DNA from: Styela clava
Taxonomy: Eukaryota
Length of the DNA: 64,000 bases
Reading direction: 5' to 3'
Assembly (NCBI RefSeq): GCF_964204865.1
Contig: NC_135251.1
Coordinates: forward strand, 21,948,001 to 22,012,000
The translations under genes were made by a program, and so were the position numbers. Shown one piece after another: positions 40,665 through 54,294 of the stretch. The notes beneath the pieces are model-generated. The model was not told the DNA's origin. It saw nothing but the letters and a program-made list of their open reading frames with translations, and searched no databases. Positions within the stretch are counted from its first letter, which is position 1, and every line of letters starts with the position of its first letter.

Positions 40665-43379
40665 TTATAAGTGAAAAACTTTCGCAAAAACATCTGTTGA
40701 ATTTACGGATAAAATAAAGTATTTATTTCCATGCAAAAACAATTTCTTAAAATATACTTTTGTTTTTGTTATTACAACATAATCAGTCCCGATACGGAGA
40801 TTTTTAGGACACCCACATTTAGGTAAACCAACGATTTTTAAATTCTTTTCTACCGTTTTAATTTTTCCTTTCTTCCCGAGCAGTTGTTTTCCGTATTTTA
40901 CTTTGTAAATTTGGTGAGATGATGTTTCGCCTTTTATTCTTCCTACTTGAAATGTAAACACTGGGGAATAAGATATGAAAACTATTTTTATCATTTTTCA
41001 AAAACTCGAAATACGTACATGATTAATATATACAATAAAGTACTCACTGTACGCCGCCATATGCCGATGCAAATGGAATCTTTTTTCCATAACAAGAGAA
41101 GAACAAACTAAAACGTAGAAAGCATTATATAAAAAAGATTCCAGAAAATGGTTTAAAAATTAATGGGAATTATGAGTCAAAAGAAAGCATAGTTATGGTT
41201 AAAAGAACTAAAGAATAATCAGATAGTTTATAGCCCGTTATGTATAAAATTAAATTTATTGACAATTATGCCTCATTGAGTATGAAGTTCCTGATTCTTT
41301 CCGTTACAATGTCCAAACAGCAAAATGATTGACAAAATAATCGCAATTTATCCCGTAAGTTAGAACGATATTTAAATGAGCTTAAAAGCATCAACTCGAT
41401 TTTGGCTTTTTAGTAGGAATTTCCAAGAATTTTTTTTTATAATTGATTGATTAAAGGAATAAATCGACTGAATTTTTTTTAATTTAGCTGCAGTAATGAA
41501 GAGCGGCCCAAAATGACAGAATTTCAATATGAGTGACGTAGTATGTAAGTAGAGAAAAATTTTCATGGATTAATGGTCTTGAAAATATCCATACGATGTA
41601 ATAAATATTCAAATTCAATAGTATAGAAACTAATTACAAATGTAGAAACCGCTATCGATTATAATTTAATTTTACTATACCTCGTTTTGTACAGTTTGTT
41701 TCACCAAAAATTTTCGAATAATTTTGAGACTTGGTATTAGATAATCCGTGACACTCTCGTATTGGTGATATCAGACTTTTATTTTTGCAACAGAATATAT
41801 TTTTATCGTAGCTTGTATCATTACAACATCCCTTATAATCAGAATGTACGTATTCAATGCCACAACACATCTTTAACCCTGTATACATAAATAAGTGCTA
41901 CTTTGGTATGCGATCTCACTTGCTTTAACGTTATCTTAACCGCATACCAAAGTGGTATCAATTGTGGTGCCACTTTGGTATGCCTCCAATCGCATAAAGA
42001 CATTCTCATAGAATTCAGTTCCCAATCCGGTCTGAAATCACACAGACCATACCGAAGTAGCACCCACAAATATATGTAAAGAAACTTAATATTTTAACAA
42101 TATAATCACTTTGAAAATTATAATAAAACTAATGGATGGATGGTTGATTAAGAAACCAGAATGGGCTCATATTTGAATTGTCTGTAATTTATGTTCGTAT
42201 TCGTTTATATGTATATATATTATTAATATTAATTCAGTAATTTGGAGGGAACATGACCATATTTACCGTATTTGTCAATCTTGAAATTTTCATTTACCTT
42301 CTGTTAGATATTGCATTGATTGATTACCCCCATGTAACGTGCAGCATGTCTGCGTATCTTGATTATAGAAACTATTTGATCCGCATGGTAGCACATTTTT
42401 TCTGTTGAGTAGTGCTCCATTAACACATTTGTGAGTTTGAACGTCGAATATGCCCGCACCTGATTAAAATGTTGCAATTGATACAGTATTTTAAATTCTA
42501 ATTTTGGTTTATTTTTATGCTTGGGTCTGATTTATGTACTTTAAGCACCTTCACAACATTCCTTTCCTCGAGGATATTCCTCAACTGCCAAAGTTGCATT
42601 ATTTTTCCGACAACATTCAACATTTTCTTCTGAGCATCTGAATGTATTGTTGTTCACATCAATGCAAGAAAATGGTTTCAAGCATCGAAAAGGTTTCCGT
42701 CTAGCACAAATGACATTGCTTTCTGTGTTAAATATTAAAATATGGAATTAGGCAAGGCAATCCTTTACGAAATTTTACTCGAGAACCTTGTTTGTACTGT
42801 GACGAGATTGCTTGCCCAAGGCCCCACGGGAGAGAGAAAAGGAGAGAGCAGTCAACCGTTACTGGAAATACCCGTCCGTTCCCACGCATATTTATTATTG
42901 ATCAATAGTTTTTGCATCTTGCTCTCAGAACTAGACTCGAATTCGTCTTTAATGGGAAATTGCATCTTTTCTATGCAAAAGTTAAAAATTCGATAAACAT
43001 GCATATGAAATGCGCTTAGTCTTTAGGAATAAGATTTGTGGGCTTCACGATTTTATTTTTCAATTTTAACATGTATTTGTATATTTTAAAATAAATTTTG
43101 CATTATAGCAAAAGGAAAATTAAAAAAATATTTCAACATAAAATCTTATGATTTCAATGTTAACGTGCACTAAAAGCACTTGAAAGCAAACATCAATAAC
43201 GTTTAGATTTTATTGCCTTAATTAATATGTGTCTAATTTTCATGAAAATTGCATGTGTGAATATTCCACATGAAGCAAATTTCACACAGACGTATATTAA
43301 ATCTTCAGTAAAACATTCACGTACCTCCGTATATCCACAGCCCGCAAAATACAAAAAAGAAGACTTGTTTGAATACCAT
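40665..43379 (-). CDS. Galaxin-like/NTR protein paralogue 3 (~314 aa, 6 exons)
   Basis: Exons 43325-43379, 42549-42722, 42298-42459, 41681-41878, 41048-41107, 40665-40960 (945 nt; all introns phase 1). Signal MVFKQVFFFVFCGLWIYG; FRCSEENVECC...PRGKECC; FYNQDTQTCC; NTR-like CGCPKNLRIGTDYVVIT. Confidence 0.88.
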
Positions 43380-43464
43380 TTTCACACTACTATAAAGTCC
43401 TGCAAGCTTTACCCAGTTGAAAATCAAAATTGATTCAATAAACTTTATTGTCGTCCTCATCTAC

Positions 43465-43471
43465 TTATATA
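43465..43471 (-). promoter_or_regulatory. Candidate TATA box of paralogue 3
   Basis: TATATAA about 90 nt upstream of the ATG at 43379. Confidence 0.4.
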
Positions 43472-46400
43472 TTCTCGATTTTTCTACTTGTCGATTTTAC
43501 TCTCAAGAGTCCAGAATGATAACCCACGTCGTTAGATTTTGGAAATAACGTAACGGGAATTCTCTTTTCAAGAAATGAGGAAGAGTGGGTGTCACGAGCA
43601 ACGATTATTTTACAAGCATCAGAGTCATTTTGATACATACATAATGCGACTTCATCGTTCTAAAAAAAATCAACTTCCAATAATTAAAAAAGTTATATAA
43701 TTTAACGCACATAATTTTTGCAATTTTAGTTTAAATTTAGAATTCTTATTATGTAACATAACATTTTGATACACAAGCGAACTATTTCTTTTAATAATTT
43801 CAATAAAGATTTTAAATTTAGATGCATAACGGATTTCATCGTTTTAATTGAACGAAGAGCAAAATGCCCTCACTACTTTTATGCAAATTATATGTCAAAA
43901 TAAACCATGATGCTCTGACGACGGACGTAACAACTCACAAGTTTACTTGCAAAATTTGAGTCTTTTTTCCCTTTTCATTATTTTCTTATTTCTCGTACAT
44001 GCAGGAGAGACCTTGACGCGCAGGGAGTCGTGACCGACTAACTCACGGGGAAATTTGCTTTTTCGAGAAGTGGCGTGACCCAACATACGAGTCGGTCAGT
44101 TCGTGGGGAGGGGTCTTTATTTTTGTAAACCCCCTTCATTGTAATTGTGGTATTATAACCGGTGTGCGTTTTATCACAAGCCTTATCACGCACGTATTTT
44201 TTATATAAAAATTTCTGTTACTTTGAGTGGAAGAATAGAAATGCAATTTCCAAGTTTGTTAATTAAAACGTTTGCCATTATTAGTCAAACTTCGTGACTT
44301 ATACAGAAGAATAAGTGAAATATCCATTTGTGTATATGCCTAACAATGTAAATTTTGTTTTAAGACGTCTTCCGGCAAATCTTAATATACAACTGGGAAA
44401 AACATTATTTGGGAAATTTTGTTATCTCGCTTCAGCATGAATACACACTCTGGTGTGTGACTATTAAGTCAATCCGCCAATGTAACAGGCCCACTGGTCG
44501 ACTAATATTCGCTTTGAAAGCAACCCTGCTCTAAAAGTTTCAATCATACATTTTTATCAGGTGTGTCATTTTTCCGAGAAGAAATTTTGCCAATACGCAT
44601 TTTGCAAATTTCATTCTCAACTACATCTTTTGATGATCATAATTGATAGACTTGTGCATGTTTTCGAGGAACGAACACTAAAACTAAAAATACTTGTAAT
44701 GGGGGAAAAAAGGAGTGAATGTATTTTAACAAATATACAACGAATAATATAAATTTGAGTGGATAATAGTGAAAGTGGACTTCTTGTACATTAGAAATTA
44801 TTCAACATTTCAGCATTTATAAGTCAATATATTTTTGCATCGTTTCTTATTTATCTACAATACGCATAAAGTACTTTAAAGTGTTTCAATTTCGCCTTTT
44901 TGATAACAAAAAATCTTTTATTATTGGGGTCGTATTTTTAGCTTTTTGAGCGCAGAACAAAAGATTTTAATAATGAAAGTATTTCACTGAAATCCCATCT
45001 TAATATAGCTGTTTTAATATAAAATACAAAAGATTTATATTTATTACAACACATAATCATATTAGGCTGAATGTACAACATTAAATAAGTTAGGCTATTT
45101 TAAAACGTATATGTTAAGTGAGTGGTATATGAGACACTATTTTATTACATACAAACAATGATCATGTGATATAATATGTGTCTATAATTTTCATCTTTAT
45201 ATGTTGGTTTTCAAGCTAGTGATATCATATGTAAAAAGACCCATTCAATCACGATATTTTATAAAAATGAACAAAAAAAACGACACTATAGTTGAAATAA
45301 TTGTGCTAAATATACACTGGGATTTGTAAAAAAGGTGCATCACAGGAGCAAAGTTTGAAAGAATATTTCATATTTATAAACGGTGAAGAAAAGTGGATAA
45401 GAAAGCATCATATGATGAATTATCGACTCTCTCCCGGTTTCGGTAAACAGGCTTCAGTTGCGTGCTATTAGAATGTGGACAAAGCCGTAATTATTTGGTA
45501 GTTACGTACGTCACCCTGTTCTTGGGCTATCCCTATTTTTCTGGTTTTCTTTGGTTCTGATTATGTTCGGTTAGGATAAGTTAAAGTCAAATAAATCAAA
45601 TATAAAAAATATTATAAAATAGGTGATGGGCAATAACGGCATAGTACCCATACTTGATACTGACTGTTAGTTTCACACAGATGAACACCCTCGCATTTGT
45701 GTTTGAGGTTTTGTGTGCCTATTATTTCTCCAGTATAGAATTGTGTAATTTGAAATAGCAAGTGCGATATTGTACTCTTCTGGTTGTATATCATGTGCAA
45801 TCAAGCAACTATATTAATTCAATATAAATCAGTTTATGGGCACCACAAATGGCTGTTTTTTTATATTTCTGATCATGCATATGTGCGTAGTCTGGTCCAC
45901 GTAGAAAACGAGACCAACATACCGGCTAATCGTTGCTCTCTCCTATTTAGATAATTCTCTCGTTTCAACAAACAACCTCGTGACTCGGACGTAATCACGA
46001 AATTTATTTGATCATAATAGCGGAGAAGAGAATAACAATACATAATATGGCATTTCTCTTTGGCTTCAAGTCTTTTCCACATGGATAATGATTTCAGCAC
46101 AACACTTAATTAACCCATTCAAAGCAACTTTACAGTGAAAAAAATTACAACTGTGTACAGGAATCCGTAATTGCGAAAAGAATTCATGTAACTTGTTAAT
46201 ACTTAGATTTTGTTGTGAAATCCTTTGAATTCGTGAAAACCTACAATTTCCCCAACTTTCACACCTCGGGTAGTGCTCAGGTCTCTCTCCGTGTTTATAT
46301 TATTATGCTGATAACTTGTTGTTTAAATTGGCAAAAATGAATCACTGATTCCAGCGGATTTCATCATCATCATATGTTGACGAAAGATAGAAACACGAAA

Positions 46401-49400
46401 CCCATTGTCTATTGTTACGTCAACCGAGCCGCATCTAGTGCATACTTCCGAGACGAGACAATCCACGAAGGGCTTCTTGTCGATGTTCCTGTCACAAACG
46501 GTATAATACCACGCCCCCTTTGAACTTTCGCTGCGTATCACGCGTATTATTCCATGTACCTTTCAAATATCCATGATTTTGAGTTCTGTGCCGTGGAAAT
46601 GTTTCTATAATTTTCCATGAGCATGTTTTCGTAATTATTCCTAGCTTCGGCTGCATATTGGAAAAATACAAACTAAAAAATACTAACGTATACATCTAAA
46701 CATAGATGGTATAAAAATAACTTTACTTGGTGAATATTATGTAATGTTGTCATTACAAAAGCGTAAACTACCCACATTAGATTTGGGGATCATGTTTAGA
46801 TTCATTCTTTCTCGTCAATCTGGTCAACGAAATGCGATGTTCTTTTTTCTTGTAATTTTCAATCTTTGATTGATACCACCCTATTTGCAAATTAAAACAG
46901 CATTTCAGCGGATCATAATATGATGCAATATCATGCAAATCTCAGTGTATGCTATCAGATTTATCAGATTTATAAAATGGATAGGAATTCACAATCTTAT
47001 ATATGGATTCTTCATATGTCTTTGTGAAAATTATTGAAGATACTATTATATATAGTCTGAAGTAATAATTATATGTACTATATAGCTTGGGAAGTATGGT
47101 ATTTTTAATTTTTCACCTATTCATAGAAATTGCCTCATTCTCACGATTTGATTCTTGTTTAACATAAAGTATAATTAATTGTAATTAGCCCGACGCCCTT
47201 CTTATTCTTTCTCGCATTTTTAATTACTATTAAAAACATGATCTGCGTAATCATGTGATGTTCTTGTTCCTTGTAATTTTTATTTCTATTCCAATACTTT
47301 CGGGGAATTGATTTCTGGGGCCTCTTAACCGGGCTTAAAACTCAAAAATTCATATTTCTTCTATTGTAATTATGATGCCTGCTTTAGAGTGTCCTGTCTT
47401 GGTAGAATCTTACCTTAGGGGTCGGTCGACCTTGTTGACCTTGGAAGTCTTGCCCGTCCCCTTCCGTATACATTTTTATGCTTATTGTTATTTGCTCATG
47501 CTTATTGTATTATGTACTTGTATCGGAAATAAATTATTATCTATCTACCAGAAATGGCGCTCATAATCAACAATCAATTATGTGTTTGTTTAAATTATAC
47601 CAAAAATTTTTCGAAACAATCACAATAAAAATTGACAAATTATTGAAAAATAGCAATTCCAGCATTTTGAAATCTATTTACATAAAAAGTAAATTAAAAT
47701 TAGATGTCATATTTCGTGGGAGAAAATATGTGCTCGGTTTCGAAAGATTGTTGCAATAATTTATCGCTGGATTTAACCATTAACCAGACCCTTTCTAACA
47801 GGAGTAAAATAGTTACTTGTTGTGCTCATGTCGTTTGGGAGAAATGTTTGAATGGTTTCGGCAAATGTTTTGAAAGTAAGCAAGCCAGGCCTTGGTTGGA
47901 TAATGCTTGGAATAAGGATGGATATATGGACCAATAATCACCATTTGCATCTATCAACGCATAACGCGGTCTTATACTAATCTCAATTCAGTGTAAACAA
48001 ACCTTTCTTCCTTTTGTGATCTCATATGTCGCATGTAAAATTTATTTGGATTGAAATTGGTCGCTCTAATATCCCAGTATAACAAAGCGCCGACTCTCGA
48101 CACACTAGCAAACAATAAAAAATCACGCATGCCATTTGAATTTTGCACACTATTGAAAATAATTCAAAACAATTCGGACCATAAAACCAGAGAACCTTGA
48201 AACCGAGATTACATTTTACGCCTTTTCATCACGCATGTCGTCTTAAATATCCCAACACATTAAACCCGCCAGTTACTCAAAGGTCGTCCTGTCGTACACA
48301 GAAGGGTCATTCCCGTGGGTCATTTCTACGATATAAATGATTCTATTTAAACAATTAGTCACCTAAATTCACGTGAAAGAATCATTACTTCCGCAGCCGT
48401 TCCGTTTACCCTACTTTATATCAGGTATTGCATCACTGAATATCCGTATGTCGAAAGCATTAGAAATAATAAATTTGTTGGTTGCGATATTACGTAGCGC
48501 AGAGTTGTTTGTAGGTTGTTCTTTCACGTCATGCTAACTGTAATTTTCCATTAAATTTCCTAATCAATTTTTTCAAACTGAATTTAAAGTATATTACCGC
48601 ACTATTCTCACGAAGAACTTTAAATCAACCACATATATTTCTGTATTGATCGTGTCACTTTGGCGTGATTTGCAATGCGAACAATAAAGGGCTTAAATAT
48701 CTGTAAATCCCTTTAAAGCCACTAAGAAAATACAAGGATAAAGTAGAAACTCCATGCGAAAATCTACCCAGCAACCTGCGAAGATTTTCCCAACAACTAC
48801 AACGTGACAAATTTTTTCACTGACTAATCTTGGGTATGGTCTTCCATTAATTAAAACACAGGGTCGACATAAAACACTGCTTACGCGTGGTATTTACCGA
48901 AAATGAATATGCTTCGTCGCACGACGCAGAGCTGAACTAATTTTCTTAGTATATATATTCAACACAAGTTGAGCGTGTAAATATTTTTATTGACATAAAT
49001 ATAAATTAAAAAACCCCAAACACATTGGCACAAAAAGCAATAATAAACAAGTTGAACTAATGGATTTTATATTGTGGTTGGAATAGCGAGTTCAATATAG
49101 TAGAAATTACCACTAGTAGGCCTACCAAAAACTTGTTGTTTGAATATTCAATTGTTTAATGTTGTTGGACATAATTAACATTGTTGTTCTGTCGAAAATT
49201 ATGACTTCCTGAGACAAATATACTTGACCAGAAAAACTGAGAAACCTATGATTCATGCTCTGAATATGTAGATTCTATTCGAAGTATTATAAACACAATG
49301 AACAGAATAGTATTTTAACATTCTTTATAACACCAATACAGAACTAGAAAAATTAGACGAGATGAGATTAAAAAATGCGGTGTGTGAAAAAACATCTACT

Positions 49401-50030
49401 ATGTGGGATAGTGAAAAATAATTAAAGCTGTAACCAAAATATATTGAAGCCTCAGGTAAGTGTTATGTTTGAAAGTATAAAAAGTATAAATACAACTGAC
49501 AGGATGAAAACTAATTGAGAACTATACGAAATCGATCGAGAAAATCTTAGGTATCGCATATTGTCAAACATTAATCACGATTACGTACAGCTAATGATAC
49601 GCAACTGCTATGGATCGTTGTTTTTGTGCTATATTTTTATTTTTTTTCAGGCGCCAACCTGAAACATGATTGACTAACATATGTACATGGTTTAGTGACA
49701 AAAATAAATAGAAAATAAAAATTAATTTAAAGTGGACAACAATACATCTGCGGAGGTGACATAGAATGTAATTTCTATAAAAAAACATTGGAAGAAAAAA
49801 TGAAATATTAAAATGACGAGATACTAGTAACTTGCTGTCCAGGCGAGTATCTTGTGTCCGGAATATATATATATTTGACTTTATAATATAATTATAAAAC
49901 CAATCTATCACAATCATAAATAAATTACGATCGAGGGTAAGAGAGGCCGAGGTCTAACATATTAATGAAATATAACAGTGGCACAAAAATTCTTTATGCA
50001 AAAATGTTGCTTATATATATATGCTATATT

Positions 50031-53000
50031 TTAAAAAAGGTTATTGCGGGTAATATAGTAATTTTTCCCATCCAACATCAACTTTTTCATAACTATTTTT
50101 TGTCTTGTTTTTAAAATATAATTGAATCCAGAAACAAGCTTTCCAGGGCATTCGCATTTTGGAATGTCGATGAATTTCAAATTGCATTTCTTTGTGCGAA
50201 TCTGCTTTTTTCGCTTTCTTGTACCAGTGTATTGTCTGCAGGAATTTGCTTCATAAATAAGATGAGTTTCCGTTTGTTGATTGAGTTCACCAACAGTGAA
50301 TGAATACACTAAAAAGAAAACACAATTTCAGTTTACGTACACCATAAAATCATGCGGGACAAATACACGAGAAAAAATAGCTAAAGAAATTTATTGAAGA
50401 TAGAAGAACTCTTGAGTTTTCACCAGCTGATAACGATTTGATTAAAATGTTGGAATCTGGTAAAACTTGATTATCACGCAGCTGAAACAAAAGGAATAAA
50501 GAAACTAGCTTTACGGTAATTCAAAATAAATTAGAATAGCCAAAATCAAACTTACTATATGAAGGCTTGTGTGAATGAGAGTGAAATGTTTTCTCCATAA
50601 ATTCCTCTGAACATTCTGAAATAAAGTTTTATTTAGAAATTCTGATTAGAATATTGCATTAAATCAAGTAACGGAAAGTTTTAATATAATTTCTATTTAA
50701 TAATTACTATTTTAGTGTAAAAAAAAATCAGATAAATTTATTATTCCATAATAATTCTCTATATTTTTATAACTACTAGGCACTACAGTAGTGGATACGA
50801 AAACTTCTCTTACCTAGTTCTTTGTGGCATCCTATTTTTTCAAAAACTTCATGTTCTTTCGAACAATCTTGAGCTGAAACTATCATTCTGTTTTTGCAAC
50901 ATTCTGATTTCCTGTTGTATTCTTGACCATTACAACATCCCTTCGTTGAGTTTTGTATATAATTTTCTCCACAGCAAACTTTACCATCTAAGTTTAAAAA
51001 TTTCATTTCATTTATAGTAATATATTATTCAGTTAAAAAAAAAATACGGAGTATATCACAACTGAAAGATATTCTCTCAAATACAAATCCCACACAACAG
51101 AAAATTGTTCGACATAACAGACTATAAACCGGTGGAAAATTGAAATGAAAATCGCTTCACAATGGGTAGTTTAAAAAAAAAACGGCCTTATTTTATCTTA
51201 TAGGGAGAGGGCAAAGAATCTACAATGAAGAAAGGTAAATCTATACTAACAAATTTAAGTTGATTCAATCATTCAGCGTTGGTCATATCAGAGAAAGATG
51301 TCGGGGCTTTTTTCTTAATTAGAAAATTGTTTCATTCAAAATGTGTTTCGTCTTAATTTCTTACCTTCAAGTAAATGAACTTTCGTCTTCCCACTTTTGC
51401 TTGTGCAGCATGTCTGTGTTTTCGTGTTGTGCCATTCATCTATTGTGTTAGGACAAGTTCTAACATTTAGTCGTCGAACAATTTCTCCATTAACGCATTT
51501 TTCTATTTGCTCGTCAAACATACCGGCACCTATACACGAAGTAATAGATAGGTAGATAGTAGTTAGATTGGTGTGTGAATGAAATATTAAACGGTGGCCG
51601 GAAATTTGTGCCGCGTACACGTTAGTCGTACAAGTGAGAAGTTATATGAAGTGCTGTTAATTGAGTATCAGGAGATTACAATTTCATATGATATAGTGAG
51701 TTAGCATGGTGATAATATACATTTATTTCATGCACATAGAGCTGATAATTTTTGAATATATAAGTCAAATCTTACCTGGGCAACAAAATTCCCCTCGTGG
51801 GGCATTGAATAGAACAAATTGGTCTTCTGTTTTTATATGGCAGCATTCAAGGTTTCTTGTAATACACCTGAATTCGTTGTCATTTTCATCGTAGCAAATT
51901 CCTGCTGATTTACATTTGTATACAGAGATATTATCTGAATCCGGTCGAAACGTAGGCAACGCATTGATTCCTGAAATGAATATTTAAAATAGTCCAAGTG
52001 GTCGGAAGATTTAAATTTTAAAATAGCAATTAGATATGATGAATTGTCATAATAATAATAATGACGATCTTAATTATTATCACTGCCATTTAATATTTCC
52101 ATGGCAATATCAGGTACAATACGCTCTCACATCTCGCGGCTGTGAGCACTCGAGCGTAAAGAGGCAAACAAAATTCTTCTTTGAATGGAAAGTACCGCTA
52201 AGCGAAAACGTTATGTTAACTGATATATACCAGAAGTTGTAATCACTTGTCTAGCTTAATGAAATTTAAGTTGAATCGGCAGCTTTTACGATAACAGGTA
52301 ACGGGCGGATAATATAATAAGTCTGACTTCAGTTTGCTTATACTTCGCTAATTTGGAATAATCACAATGCTAGTTATGTGGCAAACACACATACGAGTAT
52401 ATAGGCCTACTGCGAAATGGCAGTGAAATGTCACTTTCATATTATCGCTATTCATTCAAGTCATTCGCCTAACGTTACTCTAATTTTGACGTCCTATGAA
52501 TTGTAACGTTTCTAAGTTGGCCATTCATTTCTATACCGGTTGTAAATTTTCCGCCCCATTTTAACGAAAAACATCGAATTAAAAAAAAAATTATTCGATT
52601 TCAAAACCCTTTTAATGCCATTTTTTAAAACTTAAATAAACCATCTGAAGTCTTACTCTCTGATTCGATCATTACCTCTGTCACTCGTTTTCAGTAATAT
52701 ATCGATGAAGATATCATTAACAAACAAGATTTTTCGTATCGGCCACGGCATTTCCAGAAAACAATTGAATTTCGTCCGTTCGGTACAATATATATCACAA
52801 GAAAATGTCTTTTCGAAATCAGACTCACGAGGTACATTCTTTATGACTCCAACTTTCAAATTTCGAGATTTTTTGACTTTTAAAATTCGTTATAGACTGG
52901 CTGCTCACGATATTTTCGACAGCGAATGTCAGATATAATTTTCAAAAACCTCACAACGATCATACCGGCGTCAGTATACTGGAAGCAAGCAATTCCTACA

Positions 53001-53291
53001 TTCCATAAAAATCTCAGCAAAGCATCGTTAAATATCGTACAGCGAGACACTCACATCTGCCCACCGAGCGCGGATTTTGCGAGTGAAATGAATTTATTAT
53101 TCGTCAAAGCTCGCGGCGAAGGAAGTTTACTTTACACACAGCGGATTTGCGCTTAACCCATTGAGTCGTGATGCGACGAACAACGCTTGTCGGAACTTCA
53201 TAATAGAAGATCCGAAGTGTTATAAATAATTTCAACAAGGCAATGGCGACTCACCTCCCAGTAAGATAACCATGAATTTGAAAACGTCCAT
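50031..53291 (-). CDS. Galaxin-like/NTR protein paralogue 4 (~302 aa, 6 exons)
   Basis: Exons 53255-53291, 51776-51970, 51365-51529, 50814-50987, 50556-50615, 50031-50308 (909 nt; all introns phase 1). Signal MDVFKFMVILLGGINA; FRCITRNLECC...PRGEFCC; NTKTQTCC; NTR-like CECPGKLVSGFNYILKT. Confidence 0.88.
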
Positions 53292-53363
53292 GAATTTTTG
53301 TGATTCCGTACAATCTCTTCGATGTCGGGCCTTGGTTGTGAAAACAGGGTCTATCCGATGCGA

Positions 53364-53371
53364 TTTTTATA
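53364..53371 (-). promoter_or_regulatory. Candidate TATA box of paralogue 4
   Basis: TATAAAAA about 75 nt upstream of the ATG at 53291. Confidence 0.45.
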
Positions 53372-54294
53372 GACACTTGATTTTCGTTTTTATTAGTTAC
53401 TTCGATTTACCAGGGTCTTCCCCAGGTTTTGATAAAGGTGATTCAGGTAGTACCGTGATGCGCTAGACGTCACTTAAAATGGGATTCACATCAAAGAACC
53501 CACAGCTATACACGTGACATGCTTTTATCACCTATATTTTATTATTGTGTTTGTTGAGCAAGTTCAGCTTAAAAACGTTATCAAAAACAGACTTTTCTTA
53601 AAACATAAGCTATCATTTATTAAACTTAACTCACCTGGGCAACGAACCGATGTGACGTTGGGTGGAATTATACTTGAAACTAAATATACTCCAATGGTTG
53701 ATTCGCCTGTTTGAAATATTGAATACCTTTGTGGGAAGATGGACACTGCGGAAACATGCCCAGAATCCTTTATATGCTCTCCCCGTGGTTTACTCCCGTT
53801 GACAACAACAAGAAACAAAACAAAAATCGAACTGTGTGTTCATCAATTTGGCGTTGTTATTGTGATTCAGAATTTCCATCAACTTTATATATATTCTGCG
53901 GCTGCGATAAAAAATTCGAAAATATGTCATAGCATTTGGTCGTCCTCGAATGGCGGATTGTATATGATGAACGAAGAATAATGTTTAAAACTACCACGCA
54001 GAAGCCTCATTTTGCAATCCAATTGTAGTTTGACTATCAAAAATAAGGTTCATGTAATTTTTCATATAGGAAATTAAACGAGGACTGTTTGATTCAACTT
54101 TTCTCATGTGTTGAACACATTTCTAATAATGGGACATTGAGAATGTCATCGACCAATTAGGTGTTATATCCACGCTACGTTTTGGCTCAATTGAACACAA
54201 TTATGCGCGAGTGAATACCCGCCGCTTCAGACCTAATCATTTCGTGCGGGTCATTAAACCCTGGTTCAAAACATAGAACTATCTATACTGGCCG

